From NCBI GenBank assembly GCA_951406725.2, contig OX597823.1:74214001-74278000 (forward strand): a DNA stretch of 64,000 bases, in the 5' to 3' direction. Source of the stretch: Octopus vulgaris (taxonomy: Eukaryota). This document shows, one piece after another, positions 13,512 through 27,119 of the stretch. A program made the position numbers and the translations under genes. Under the pieces are notes generated by a model. That model saw only the letters and a program-made list of their open reading frames with translations. It made no database searches and had not been told where the DNA came from. Position 1 is the first letter of the stretch. Every line of letters starts with the position of its first letter.

Positions 13512-14399
13512 TACTTAGAAATAGGTATACATGCTTACATACATACATAAACACACACTGACATGCACACATATGTGTGTGTACCAAATAGATATAAAAT
13601 ATTTCTACAGACTAGAATTTGTAGAATAAATATAATTGGAAATGCACATGAGGTGTTCCTGGTTGTCAGTTCTTATAAGAGAGATAATCTCGTCTTGATC
13701 AAGTTAATTTGAGACAGGTTTACATTCTTAAAAATTAAATGAAAATGTAAAAAACAATATATTTCTTTTACGTTCCCTTTCCCCACACATTACAAAGACC
13801 TTAAAATTCCTAGTCATTGGCTGTCGCTGGAATTAACACCGCAGAGAAGTATTGAGTAAATAATGTTGAGTAAATATTAAGAAATGAATGACACTGTAAA
13901 AACTTAGTTTAGCTGAAATGAAGGTGATAGAGAGATGCAGTAATCAGATTTCCTTATGTGTGCTACAGAGTTCACAGGTGTTTGGTCATGACATTATGAA
14001 AGATCTATTTTCTTTATCACTTTAGTCACGAGGCATTTATACAGACATCAATGTAACCTCTGAGAAGATAATTTTCTGGTTGATATTAATTGTTTGAAAG
14101 GACTCTATTTTCCTGTTCAATTTGTCTTTGCAGAACTACTTCTAATTTCTTCTATCGTTAGGTATCTATGTCAGTTTTCAGCTGTTCAGCTTGTGGCTTA
14201 TATTCTTAATTTTCTCCTTTATATATTCTATATTATTTATACTGCTATGTTATTACAATTTACGTTGTCAGTAAGTGGGCGTGCATTGCTAACATGCGGG
14301 AAATTATTCATTTAGTTCGCTGTATATTTGACCACCTAACAATACAGCTTCTCGAAATTGTCTGTGTATGCAAATACGCACATTCAAAACGAGTATATA

Positions 14400-14600
14400 T
14401 TCTTTTACCTGTTTCGATCACTTGACTGCGGAGCACCATGCTGGAGCACCATCTGTAGTCGAACAAGTTGACCCCAGGACTTATTATTTTTAAGCTTAGT
14501 ACTTATTCTATCGGTCTATTTTGCCGAACCGCTAGTTACGGGGACTAAACACACCAACATCGGTTGTTAAGCGATGGTCTGGAGAAACAGACACACAAAT

Positions 14601-14633
<33 letters not shown>

Positions 14634-14795
14634 CACGACGGGCTTCTTTCAGTTTCCGTCTACCAAACCCACTCACAAGGCTTTTGTCGTCCCGAGGCTA
14701 TAGTAGAAGACACTTGCCCAAGGTACTCTCGGTGAGACTGAACCCGGAACCGTACATTTGGGAAGCTAGCTTCTTACCACACAACCACTGCTCCG
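14400..14795 (-). mobile_element. SINE family A
   Basis: Homologous to the other family A copies. Confidence 0.88.
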
Positions 14796-15266
14796 TATAT
14801 GTTTATATACTTTTGCTGCAGTGGGGTTATGTATGACCAGATCATGTGTTGTGATTTATGGTTGGGTTCAATTTTAGGTACACATTTTTGTGCTTTCACG
14901 TGCGCATTTTAGTGTGTGCGCATTTTAGTGTGTGCGTGCATGTTAGTAAGTGCATGTTATTATGTATATGTTTTCGTATGAAGTCAGTATAATTCTGTTA
15001 TATCATACTCAGCTGAAGTCGGGTGGGAGTTTTCATAATTTGTAATGCTATTTCAGTTAAAATCTAAAAACCTCCATATATAATTCAATATAATCAACTG
15101 CTAGGCACCATCAAGCATCAGCACATAATTTTGTTGTCGAATCTTTGATACAAGTGTCAGAAATCTCGTTCAACTCAATGGGCCGAAGTAGTCTTTACTG
15201 TAGGAGCTCACACACCGGTGCCACAATGTTCTCTTACCTCAATGGATCGAGAGTGTTACGAATGCA

Positions 15267-15630
15267 TATCGTAAATCCTCGAGTATAGTCCTCCCTTGAG
15301 TATAATACGCAGGGAATTTTTAGGGGCCTGTACCCCTGAAAAACCTAAACCTTGTGTATAATACGCATCCCTTCTCTAACTTGAGTCAAGGAGGTCTATA
15401 TAACGTCCTTGATTTGTAAAAATGTATACGGTAACGTCCTTTATTATTATTGTATATATAACATAATGCAAACGTGTAGCTTTTTTGTGCATTTTGTTTG
15501 CAGAAAATAAATAACAGTAATAACGTTTAATAAATGTTGCTGATTGCAAGTTATGGATGATTCTTTTATGATTTTATGATATATTTTTGCCGAACTTGAA
15601 AGAATTAAAAGTAAAGCTGACCTCTGCAGG
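15267..15630. mobile_element. Possible pogo/Tigger-type DNA transposon end fragment
   Basis: TA-(T/C)CGTAAATCCTCGAGTATA start with repeated GTATAATACGCA subterminal motifs; no matching second TIR identified. Confidence 0.4.
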
Positions 15631-15723
15631 ACCTAAATTACTAATTCTATGTATGTATGTATGTATGTATGTATGTATGTATGTATGTATGTATGTATGT
15701 ATGTATGTATGTATGTATGTATG

Positions 15724-15766
<43 letters not shown>

Positions 15767-16430
15767 AATACACACATACACACACGTATTTATGTATATA
15801 TATATATATATATAGGTGCATGCGTATACACATACACACATATGAGGAAGAAAGAGGGAACAGAAAGTAAATTACGTAGTTTGATGACCTATATTCTCAC
15901 ATTCAGAATAAGATGTTCAGCTACAAAATTGCTTTGGATATAATCGTTTGATCTGTGAGAAATAACGACCAAATTGCCTGCAAACCACAACCTATCCACT
16001 TAAGAATAAAAGAACATATTCATTCATTCTAAAAGTGTATAATATAGTCCTATGTTTGATTGTGCAGATAAAATTATTACAGCTGGATCGCCTTTGATTA
16101 TACATGTGCTTAATAGTGTTGCCCGGAGGCTACACAACACTAACAACTACAATGATCACTTTAATGGTATAAGATACCAAATACTAAAGACATTATTTAC
16201 TGAGTTTCTAGTGCTAGATATCTTACATGATAATTTATAAATTATATGGGGGATTATATATTTTTGTATATTTAAAATGATCACATGTTAACTTTAGATC
16301 TATGATAAAAAGTGTGCCAGCCCTGAATGTTTCTCCGTGGTGTTCAGTCATTGAGTGGTTATTGCCGCGCTTGAATCATGGCTTATTTTAGGAGGAGGTA
16401 AAGTATAATTTGAAGAAGGATTACTTGCTA

Positions 16431-16760
16431 TACATTATCTATATTATTTAGATTCGACGGATATTTGTCCTCATTGGGCATATAGCATAGTGATTAAGAG
16501 CGCGGGCTACTAACCCCAAGATTCTGAGTTCGATTCCAAGCAGTAAACTGAACAATAACAATAATAATAATAATACAATCGAAAATTACCTTAGGAATGA
16601 GACCCCCAGGTTCAAAATTTCCCCAAGACACCCGAAGAAGCCTGGAGAGTATATCAGCCGAAACGTTGTGTTAACAACAAACAAGATGAGGACAAATATC
16701 CGTCGAATGTAAATAATTTAAATAATGTACATAATTCGTCATCTCTTAAATATAGAACTG
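16431..16760 (+). mobile_element. Non-autonomous Penelope-type element with tRNA-like head and hammerhead motif
   Basis: TSD ATTACTTG(C/T)TA at 16420-16430 and 16761-16771. Inverted repeat 16431-16474 vs 16686-16729 plus a ~31-nt extra 3' tail. A/B boxes at ~16483 and ~16526. Hammerhead motif at 16628-16671. Confidence 0.8.
16628..16671 (+). ncRNA. Minimal type I hammerhead ribozyme motif (core mutated, CCGAAGA)
   Basis: ACAC-CCGAAGA-a-gcctg..cagcc-GAAA-CGTT-GTGT: stem I ACAC/GTGT, stem II, palindromic AACGTT. Confidence 0.7.
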
Positions 16761-17146
16761 ATTACTTGTTATGTTTTGCTGATCAAGTTATCACATAAAG
16801 GTTCCCTCGTTAAGTGGATGTTCAAAGTGTAGCAAAAAAATAAAAAATCCCATAAGTTTTTGTACTGCATCCTGACACTAGTGAAGTTGAGTAGCAGGAG
16901 GTGGCAACAAGAATTTTCAGATGGTTAATGTTTTGCCATTTAATTTTTCAGTTATCACCGTGGTTTGGACAGCTACACGCAATGCGTTTGCTCTTGAAAG
17001 TTTTTTCAAGAAAGATGAACCTGACCGTCTATTGCGCTACATCTATAAATTCTACACACACACACATACACACACACACACATACATATACTATTTAGAT
17101 ATATATATATATATATATAGTATATACATATATATATATGTGTATA

Positions 17147-17184
<38 letters not shown>

Positions 17185-17187
<3 letters not shown>

Positions 17188-17560
17188 GGTAGCGATTTTC
17201 TTCACTACTTCAAGGAGTGACGACCCTGCCTGATACGAGTTCCGGGCTCAGCTGGCTCTGGCTGACAGTACCCAGTATGGGCCCCTATCCAGGGTTATGG
17301 AAAGGAGACAACCTTCAAAGAAATTCGGAATGGAGCCCCGTAGGCGGTTTAGTATTCGACTCGACACTTCTGGCAGCTCCTGCAACCAAGCTAGTGCCAA
17401 ACATAATGCTCTGTACACCTTTGGACTACCTCAGCAAGGTCGACAGAGGAATCCTGACTATTGGGATACCCAAGATTTTCTTACATCTAGCCCAGGCCTG
17501 CGCAAAACTGGAGAGGACATGAAAAGTAAAAACCAGACTGGATTAGTTTATGCACAACTC
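17185..17560 (+). mobile_element. GC-rich interspersed repeat next to (TA)n, possibly a LINE 5' UTR fragment
   Basis: Abrupt GC-rich block after (TA)n with no recognisable coding motif. Confidence 0.35.
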
Positions 17561-18571
17561 CATTGTCTCCCGAGATAAAAGGATGCCAACAATACATGTT
17601 TATATATATACATCTATACTATACAAACATATACTCACACACATATTCATGCATGTACGTGTGTATGGGTATATGCACATCGTTGTGTGACATGTTGGTC
17701 AAGTTGTGTTCTGTTACGCCTATAGGCAAAGCTATCCATTCCTTAAACGGACTTCAATAAAGTATGGAGGAGGAATTGTGGCCGATATTATCGGATATAC
17801 TAAAAACCTTGTATACCATATCCAAGAATAATCGGCTACTTCATTTTTCGCTTCATACTACCAACAATCTGTTATTATTTTTAATGCTTATAACAAACCA
17901 TATTTTATGTCGTAGACATCTAAATTAATCAGACGCAGTTTTCATGTGGTAACTTCCAAATGTTATGCAACATTATATCTATTTTATACCAAGTAGTACT
18001 TTGATGAGCGTGTAATCATAGGTATTTGTCAGTTTATACATTTATGTGTGCATGTGCGTATAATTTGAATTGTAATTTTGTCTTATATGAAGAATTAGTT
18101 TCTGACATATTTGATACTTGATTCGATATTTATTGAGGAAGGGAAGAAAACAGTATATTGCTGATGCAGTTCTCATGAAAATTAACAGCATCAGTGGCGT
18201 GGATTGAAACTGGATCTGTGAGGTGGTTCGATCAGCTTTTAATTCTTGGTTGCTAGCCAACAGAATATTCAAACTATGAATAAGTAAAGAAGTGTCTTGC
18301 TAATTTTACCATGTGATAATCGTTACAACATTGGACAAAATGCCTTGCAGTATTTAAATTTCCATAGAGATCATCTTTAACGTTTATCCTTCGATAAAGC
18401 ACATAAACACTGGTGTCGATAAATCAATTAATCACTCACATAAATTACTTACCTATTACCTATATTCGTTTCAAATTTTGGCATACGGTCAGCAAACAAA
18501 GGGTAAGTCGATTACAACTAACCCCTTCCCAGTGTTCAGCTTGCATTCATATTTTATATTTATTTTTTTGT

Positions 18572-18868
18572 TTATGCGCCCTTTTAAAGCCTAGCCAGGC
18601 TAATGGGCCCGGTATCCCGGTTTCTATGGCGTATGTGTTCCCCCAAGCTGGACGCCAGTCCATCGCAGCGTTACTCAAGAAACAAGATGAAAGAGTGTAA
18701 GTTGGGGCGAAAGTGTACAACAGGGGTCGCCACCACCCCCTGCCGGAGCCTCGTGGAGATTTAGGTGTTTTCGCTCAATAAACACACACAACGCCCGGAC
18801 TTGGAATCGAAACCGCGATCCTCCGACCGCGTCTGCTGCCCTAACCACTGGGCCATTGCGCCTCCACT
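18572..18868 (-). mobile_element. SINE related to family C, nested in a degenerate family B SINE (~18470-19005)
   Basis: Head GTGGAGGCGCAATGGCCCAGTGG, B-box GGTTTCGATTCC. Family B pieces on both sides. Confidence 0.85.
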
Positions 18869-19574
18869 GTATTTATATTACCGAACACAAAAGGATGAAA
18901 GGCAAAGTCGACTTCGGACGCATTTGAATTCAGAACGTGAAGACGGACGAAATTCTGCTAAGCATTTTGACCGGAGTGCTAAATATTCTACTAGCTCCCC
19001 GCCTTTCATAGAAAATATAACCTATATTAAAAACTATAACTTAAGTGGTTTGGAAGGGTCATCAGAATGTAGAAAAAATGTCTCTTAGTATTTATTCCGG
19101 CTGTTTACATTACAAGTTCATGTCTTCTTGGGGTGAATGTTGTTTTCCATCTCTTAAAGGTCGATAAAATAAAGTACCAGTCAAGTGATTGGGTCGATAT
19201 AATCAATCAAACCCATCTCCTTAAAACTCTTGGCCTTGTGCCTAAATTATAAGCCATTATTTAATAGTATATGCCGCTGACATTCAGACGTGCTAAAATT
19301 TCGTTCCGATAACTCGATATTTCACAAATGTAGCTGAAGGAAGTAATTTTTATTTCAGATTTTGTTTCCCACAAAGACATTTATTGAACATTTTGGAAGC
19401 TACTATTCAAATGGGGTTAGACAACAAGGTCAGTTTTAAAATTATTTCCATTTTATTTTACAGCCTAAATGTAAAGCAAAAGAGTATCGACTCAGTTTTC
19501 AAGATACGAATGCAGGACTAAAAATTTAAACAAAGCAAAACAAATGACAAAAAAGAAATAACAAAAATACGTGC

Positions 19575-20260
19575 AAATACTTGGAAAAGTGGAAATGTGG
19601 CATAGTTGTGCCCCCTGACGTCACAGCTTATCACATTTCACCAAAGAAGTGTACGACAGGAAGAAGACCAAAGATGACCTCGTTGTTCCATCTTTAATAA
19701 GGGTTGAGGCAGCCTTGGTAGGTGTTTTAAGTGAAATGTCCTTTATTGGAAATGAGAAGCCGTATATGTATCGTCTATAAAAGAGCAGACACAAAAAGAA
19801 AAAAAAGTCTCATCCTGTGAATTACATGTGCAACTCATTTTTGCCAGCTGAATGGATTGGAACAACATGAAATAAAGAGTCTTGCTCAAGGACACAAGGT
19901 ACTGCCAGGAATCGAACTCATGACCTTACGATCGTGAGCTGTATATCCCTAACCACTGAGCCACGAATCTTCACTCAAAGAGAAGGCAAAGTCTAAAGTG
20001 TTGCGACAACGCTGCCCGAAAGCTGATCCTGCAGGAAGAAATGAAGAGCTGATGGATGACAGTTACGGATATCGGTGACGATATCAATATCCGGTTACAA
20101 GCCACTTTAGAGGCACACTATGAGAAGGATAACAGCACATATGCAACTGTTTATGATATCTGGTCTCTTGGGGTGATCTCGGATATACATGTCCTCCTGG
20201 TCCCACAAAACAATAGATTTTCGCTTTCATCACCACAAAGTGAGGAGAAATTCAATCCAT
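19575..20260 (+). pseudogene. Probable decayed Ser/Thr kinase retropseudogene (CAMK group, STK33-like), interrupted by a SINE
   Basis: LGKGKCGIV (GxGxFG, needs a 1-nt indel) ~19580, VTDIG (DFG) ~20062, LQAT, DIWSLGVI 20155-20178, in kinase subdomain order. Confidence 0.45.
19825..19975 (-). mobile_element. tRNA-derived SINE family D, 5' part
   Basis: Homologous to the head of 37378-37731 (TGGCTCAGTGGTT, GAGTTCGATTCC). Confidence 0.8.
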
Positions 20261-23187
20261 TTCCGTCTTTTTATAAGCAGGGATCTATAATTATTCTGTT
20301 TACCTCCTGGATTATCAGCAATGTCAAATAAACGCTGTTGAGTTTTACAAATTTACCTCAACTATATTTTCTGTTATAACAATGATGTTCCTACATTCGA
20401 GTTGTTCATTTAATATTGAGGGAAGATTTGTTATAAGAACAAACTACAGTATTTGGAATCATGTAAGTTGTTGCTGTCGCGCTCTCCTAGTTTATTTGCT
20501 CGAGCATTTGGAAGACTTTTTTCTATTAATTGCTCGATGTATTGGTCATGTTAATCTTCCACTTGTATATTTATTGATATATTTTGATCTCAAGTCGTTT
20601 TGTGTGCATTTTGTCCTGTCACATGATTATATAAGATACGAACTGTGAATATGAAAGTGTAAATTGTGTAAATAAGATTATAAAAGATTGTGAGACAAAG
20701 CACTTTTTTTTCTGTTGTCTACTCCCATGTATCAAAGGCGGATACCTCGTAGGCAATTATAGTTCTGTTTTTACAAGTACTCCAACTAAAATTTAGAAGA
20801 GAGAATCAAAAAGATATCTTCATTCTACGAGTATAGATAAAGAAAATAATGATGTGTGTTTATCGTGTATGGAGGGTTATGAAACCTTCTGAAAATGTTT
20901 GGATTATTAATGAGTTTTAAAGGAAAAAAAATATTTCTTTTTTGTGTTTATTTTATAATGCATATTGTATTGTTGGCACGTTTACCTCAAAATATTTTGT
21001 CTCTTTTACACACTATTTTCTTTCCAGAATTTTATTGCTTGCAATAATTTTCAGTATGCCTTTTTCCACAGGAACAGTAAAAACTAATAACAAGAAAGAG
21101 AGTAAGAGTTCCATGCGACATTTTGAAATAAAATAATTCAATCTTCGAATACAAAAGCATTCAAAAAAGACAAACAAGCAAAAATAAGAATATAATCAAA
21201 GAAATACATTCAGTCGTAATTTAATAACAGAAAACATCAATACGCTCAACATAAACAATAACAAGAATAGTAGCAACAGCTGCAATAATGCACACAGGTT
21301 CCATACTTGTTAAATTGATAAAATGAGAGAAGAATTCAGCAGAAGAGTGGCGTGTTCGAATTGAGGAGAGAAAACTTTCTCTCTATCCGTTTCTCCTTAG
21401 AATTTTTACTCATAGATGAGCACTAGGTGTGTAGTATGCGTTAGTGGAAATATCTAACAGACAGAAATCTTTGATAAGTTACAGTGCAAAGTAACCCAGA
21501 ACCTTATCAAATCCCACTGAAGAAAAATATTTGCGGGGTGTCATATGACCATTACTGCTCCAAAATAGATTTCTAAACAACGCTGTCGTCATGAGTCAGG
21601 CCTGTCTGAAGTGTACATCAAGCGACGCATTTCATTGTTTACGTGCAGTACCAGTATTTGAACATTGCTGACAAGTGAAGTTACGTCCAGTAGCTGTAGA
21701 TCGATCTGACTCTCAGCTAAGCCGCTTGTAAACTATCTCACTGACTTCTTTTTTATTGGGAAGAGCAAACAGATATCTGTTCCTTGTTGGTCATGGCGAA
21801 GGCGATTGTACGGTGAATAAAACTGGAAGGACTAATGACAGATGTTTAGTTTTCCGTTCGACATTTACGAGCTTCTTCGTGTTCCAGTTAGGGAGTAAGT
21901 GATAATACTGAAAGAGAAGTATTGGCTTCCAGTGAATTGCAATGAGCACCAGAATGGCATACCCTATTAAGGGAACACTTACTCTTGATATTCAGATTGC
22001 TCTTAAGTTAGTGGGACTGTCCCTCCATAGGGTCAAGTCATTTAATATAATTTGTATTGTTTTATTTTCTATAACTATTTCTTTCTTAATCGATTCTGTG
22101 CAAAACCTGAACGCATTTTGCTTTGTATCTTGGTTATGTCCTCTCAAATCTCGTCCTTGTGGCAAATAGAACAAAACGTTGTTATTACTACAATCAATTA
22201 GATATTAGAAAAGTAAAAAACAAACAAACCTAATATCAATAAATGAAACTATTAAAATGGATATAATCATGAGTTACGGATGTTTATAACAGATTCAGAA
22301 ATAGATGAAAATACAAAGAGACACAAAGGAAAAATACTATTCAACGCTATAAATAAAATTTAAAAGATTGAAAAAATACCAGCAAGAAAACTACAATTTA
22401 TACAACAAAGTGCCAACACAATAAGATAAAGGGCAACTATAATAACTTTAAAAGGAATATATCAAAACAACGAACTATAATTTCAACTCTGAGGCTTCTA
22501 GTTTTTTTAGAAAGCAGATAAAGTAATTACAGAATAATTGCATCGTAGTAAAGTAATATTAAATATTGCTTTCTGTACAGTGTTATATTGACATTTTTAA
22601 TGTTGTTTTGTAATAATAACAATGGTCAATAAAATATCTGCATAGGAGTTGATTCGGGTTGAATAGAAAGCAATTTTGATACTGATTTCAAAACTGTCTT
22701 TGATTTTTCTGCAGCACGTATACTTTTTGCGATGAGACACAATTTGTTTTTGTCATTATATTTGAAATATTGAATATTTTCCAGAATATTTGCCGAGATT
22801 ATTGCTGTTCAGAAGAACCGATTAAATATAAAATCATTCAGACATTTTCTGCTGTGTTTGTGGTACATAATTTGTTGAACAAAAAGGGTCGATCAATGCT
22901 TATTGTCATTTTCACGATGCAGAGAGAATAAGGAGATAATCATAACGACTACTGTTTAGTTGAGTTAGCATTTGGATTTGACACAAAGAACACAAAGAAC
23001 TAATTATACGTCAAAACCCCTATTCAGCACAGACTCCATTATGATGAGATGAAATCTCATTTTCGTTGCCTCAAATGGTGAAGTTGCTTTCTTAGTTAAT
23101 GAAACAGACATAATTTAAATATAATTAGAGGTGTAGGGCATGCTATAGCACCTCAATAAATACTGGATGGAAATTTGAGTCAAGAAT

Positions 23188-23419
23188 TTTTTATTTCTTT
23201 ATTGCTCACAGGGGGCTAAACATAGAGGAGACAAACAAGGATAGACAAAGTGATTTAGTCAATTATATCGACCCCAGTGCGTAACTAGTACATATTTAAT
23301 CGACCCCGAAACGATGAAAGGCAAAGTCGACCTCGGTGGAATTTGAAGTCAGAACGTATCGGCAGACGAAATACCGCTAAGCATTTTGCCCCGCGTGCTA
23401 ACGATTCTGCCAGCTCGCC
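23188..23419 (-). mobile_element. SINE family B
   Basis: Reverse-complement match to 2233-2465. Confidence 0.9.
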
Positions 23420-23985
23420 AGCAATGTTTGAATGATTATTTTAGAAACTTATTGCAGTTTAAACAGTAAGTGGTGCGTGCACGCGCGGGAATTCGAATTA
23501 ACTAACAACCTAATTTGATGATCTCTCCTGTACTCTATACAAACATTTGAGAAACAATGTAGACGTGTAAAGCCATGAATTCACATATCATATTGCTAAT
23601 GGTTATCAGTGCAGTTTCCACAAAATCTCGATTCACGAGTCAACTCCTCTTCTCCGTTTCACAATGTGTGTCCTCTAGCTTTGGGAGGATTTGGTGAAAG
23701 CAATCTTGTCACCCACAACGTGAACAACACTTTAGACTGTGTCTTGCTTCCAAATATTCTATCGAAACAGTGTTCCCATAAAGCCCCCAGCTATCATTTC
23801 TATATGTAGCTTACTGTCAAATCTCAGTCTTACTGTGTGTGTTGACGGAGCCCGTTCTGAGTCTTATTTACTCCTACTTAAAAAAATATATTAGCAACAG
23901 AAGCAGCATTGAGGCCGAGAGGTAATATCTATTCCCACTCAAACGTGAATGTTCTGTTAGAACAAACTATACTGCGGTATTTACC

Positions 23986-24149
23986 GAGTGGCTGTGTGGT
24001 AAGTAGCTTGCTTACGAACCACATGGTTCCGGGTTCAGTCCCACTGCGTGTCACCTTGGGCAAGTGTCTTCTACTATAGCCTCGGCCCAACCAATGCCTT
24101 GGTAGTGGACGGAAACTGAAAGAAGCCGTCGTGTATGTATGTATGTATG

Positions 24150-24202
<53 letters not shown>

Positions 24203-24418
24203 ATGTATGTTTGTGTGTCTTCTTTTGACTCTCAACCTCGCTTGACAACCGATGCTGGTGTGTTTACGTCCCTGTAACTTAGCGGTTCGGCAAAAGAGAC
24301 CGATAGAATATTACCAGGCTCACAAAGAATAAGTCCTGGGGTCGATTTGCTCGACTTAAGGCGGTGCTCCAGCATGGCCGCAGTCAAGTGACTGAAACAA
24401 GTAAGAGAGAGTAAAGAG
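23986..24418 (+). mobile_element. SINE family A
   Basis: Full head-to-tail homology with the other copies. Confidence 0.92.
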
Positions 24419-24529
24419 ATATAGGTCTTTGGTGCACAATGTACGCTTATTTGTTTATATCGTCAGCGGGGAGATAAGCCACCACCATATCCCGTGATTT
24501 CAATCTTCCACGATCTCCACGATGTAACT

Positions 24530-25200
24530 AATGGTGCAGTTTTGAGACTCTAATATCATTTCTTCTATACATCATTTACTTCCTTAACGTCACACCCAAA
24601 AGCCATCTGCTCCGATGCAGATAATATTCTCATTAATTTCTTTCTAACATTCCCCAACTATGGACCATTCACTCGCAACATAAACTATACACCAACCCCA
24701 CACTGAAATCATGAACAGGGATCTCGAAAGCATCTTTCAGTGGGGATATTCTAGTGAACAGCTCTAAATTGGAACCCTCATAGCCGCTTCAACTGTAGGG
24801 TTTCATTGTTGTCGAAGATGTCCCCTGACAGAAGTTCATTTTTAACTTAACTAGGACCGTTTCGAACGACTGACTCTTCACTTCAAACATTTCAACAACT
24901 ATAAAAATCTTCAAAGACCTGGTGATACCTACATTTGGGACGATGTGGCTGCTGCAATCACAGTAACCGTTAACCGCATCAATTAAATGAATGATTGTCA
25001 TAAAGTCACCCAGAGATCAGCTCCAGTAACTTACCAACAAATACGCTATCTCCGCTCTCTGTCTCTTTTAACTTCACTATAATGGCTTCTGCTTCTCATA
25101 GCTAGATGGTTTCATGTTACCCCATGCAGGCATTCCCTCGCATTAATCCCTATACTCCCAGTTCTTGCTTGTGAGAAGTTCGTACTTAAGGAATTATTAC
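24530..25200 (+). mobile_element. Decayed CR1/Jockey-group LINE RT remnant
   Basis: DADN (cf. YADD), NRDLESIFQWG, and AISALCLF...HYNGFCFS (cf. SALCLFYRYYNG). Confidence 0.5.
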
Positions 25201-26644
25201 CCTGGTTATGTTTTACCGGAAACCGTTAACTTGAATATTCAAGTGAAATAGAATATTAAGGGCATCATTTCAGTCGTCTCGGGGACTAGGAAATCCATGG
25301 TTACCGTCCCTTTCTCTAGAACCACTAAGTATGATGAACAAATGTCCAGCCAGAGGTGACTTATGATAACATGGATATACTTCTCTGATGCCATTCAATA
25401 CATGTTCATCAATGCACAACTCTGTAAATTTCTCACAATTGTGGGTATAGAAATAGGATTTCTAAACGACTTCTTTTACTTATGCTGATGGATTAATTGT
25501 GCTCCTACGGGTAGCTATCGGGTGTATGACTTGAGGTGAAGGTCAGCACAGGAACTAGGAATGGATAATGTCTAATTTGCTATTTTACTTGATCCCAAGA
25601 AGATATTTCTACCCTTCTCTTCGTCATAAACTTAGTTAAAGGATTAAAGTATTCAGTACTTTTAAAAATCCCAATTGTGATTAATTCAAAAATATAGGTG
25701 AGATTGATTTTTGGCAACAAATCAAAGATTTTAAAAGATGCTGAATTTCGAAATTTTCAGTACACTGGAAATAATTATTTGTTAGGTTTTAAACGTTTAC
25801 ACGAAGACATACTGGATAATAAATTCACAGCAAGTGGAGATAAATGTAAGAGTTAAGGACCCTCCTCATGACTGTAAAAATATTATTAGTAAGCTTACTC
25901 CATCTTCGTCTAGTCATCTTTCCAGAAAACCATAGTATATTGAGCAATTAGCATGGAGAACGATTCCATCTGAATATTTGTGCAATAGAAACAAAATGTC
26001 AAGCAGTTTGAAAAGAATGCATGATAACTGAATATTTCCGGAAGCTACATCGGGGCGAACCAGGTCAAGTTTATAACAGTTCTTGACAACTCTTTTAAAA
26101 TCATGTATATTATTCACTTGCAAGTGCTTCTAAATGAATAGCTGATATAAGATGAGGCTAAAAGTTAATTATGTATGAAACTTGCAGTTACTGCTGGTAT
26201 ATGTGTTGCGCATATTGTTATTATATAAACATATAGATATGATACATAAATCATAGAGTAAATTCGCAATATGCTCATGAATTGAACAAAGCCTCTGTTA
26301 TAGTTTCTTCTGTAATCAGTAAAATAATCCATGATGCATTTTAAAAAGATTATATTGAATATTAGAAAAGAGATGAGACAGCCTAGGGAATATGTTCATG
26401 AATCTTCGCTTGAATTTGAAAATAGATGCTCTAGTGGGAATTAATGAATTACATTTACCAATACGAAGAGTTGAGTTTTGCTATATTGTTGCTTCATTAT
26501 ATTCACTTATAGTCTTAAGTGTTTCTAGTGTCCCTTTCCTAGCAATAAAAAAGAAGCTTAAATACATTTCAGTTAAAAGAGAGTAATGAATGTCTCACAT
26601 CATTGCAGGACCTTTTGCATCACTGCAGAATCTTTCGAACAAAG

Positions 26645-26910
26645 TCATTCTCGGTTCTGTCCCACTGCATAGCATCTTTCCTAATATAGCTTCAAGGCAC
26701 TCAAATCTTTGTGTTTGGATTTGGTAGGCGGAAACTGAAAGAAACTCGTCGTATATGACATCTCTGTAACTTAGCGGTTCGACAAAAGAAAACGATAGAA
26801 TGACTTTCCAAGATTAAAAATAAGTACTGGGGTCGATTTGCTCGACCCAAACTTTTTCAATGCGGTGTCCCAGCATGGTTGCACTATAACGACTGGAAGA
26901 AGTAAAAGAT
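26645..26910 (+). mobile_element. Degenerate SINE family A
   Basis: GGATTTGGTAGGCGGAAACTGAAAGAA and GTAACTTAGCGGTTCG motifs. Confidence 0.75.
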
Positions 26911-27119
26911 AAAACGTGTAAATATATATATATATATATATATATATAGATATATATAATGATTGAAAGGCTCCAATTTCCAGTAATCAGGGATGTTCGT
27001 TTTCCGGTCAGCAGCTGGTAAATTAAGCTTGGTTTCCTTTTGGGTGTCTATTGTATTCTTTACTGTATGAAATGAAAGTTTGAAGAGAACGCTTATCCTT
27101 ATGTTCTTCCGCTGAAAAA

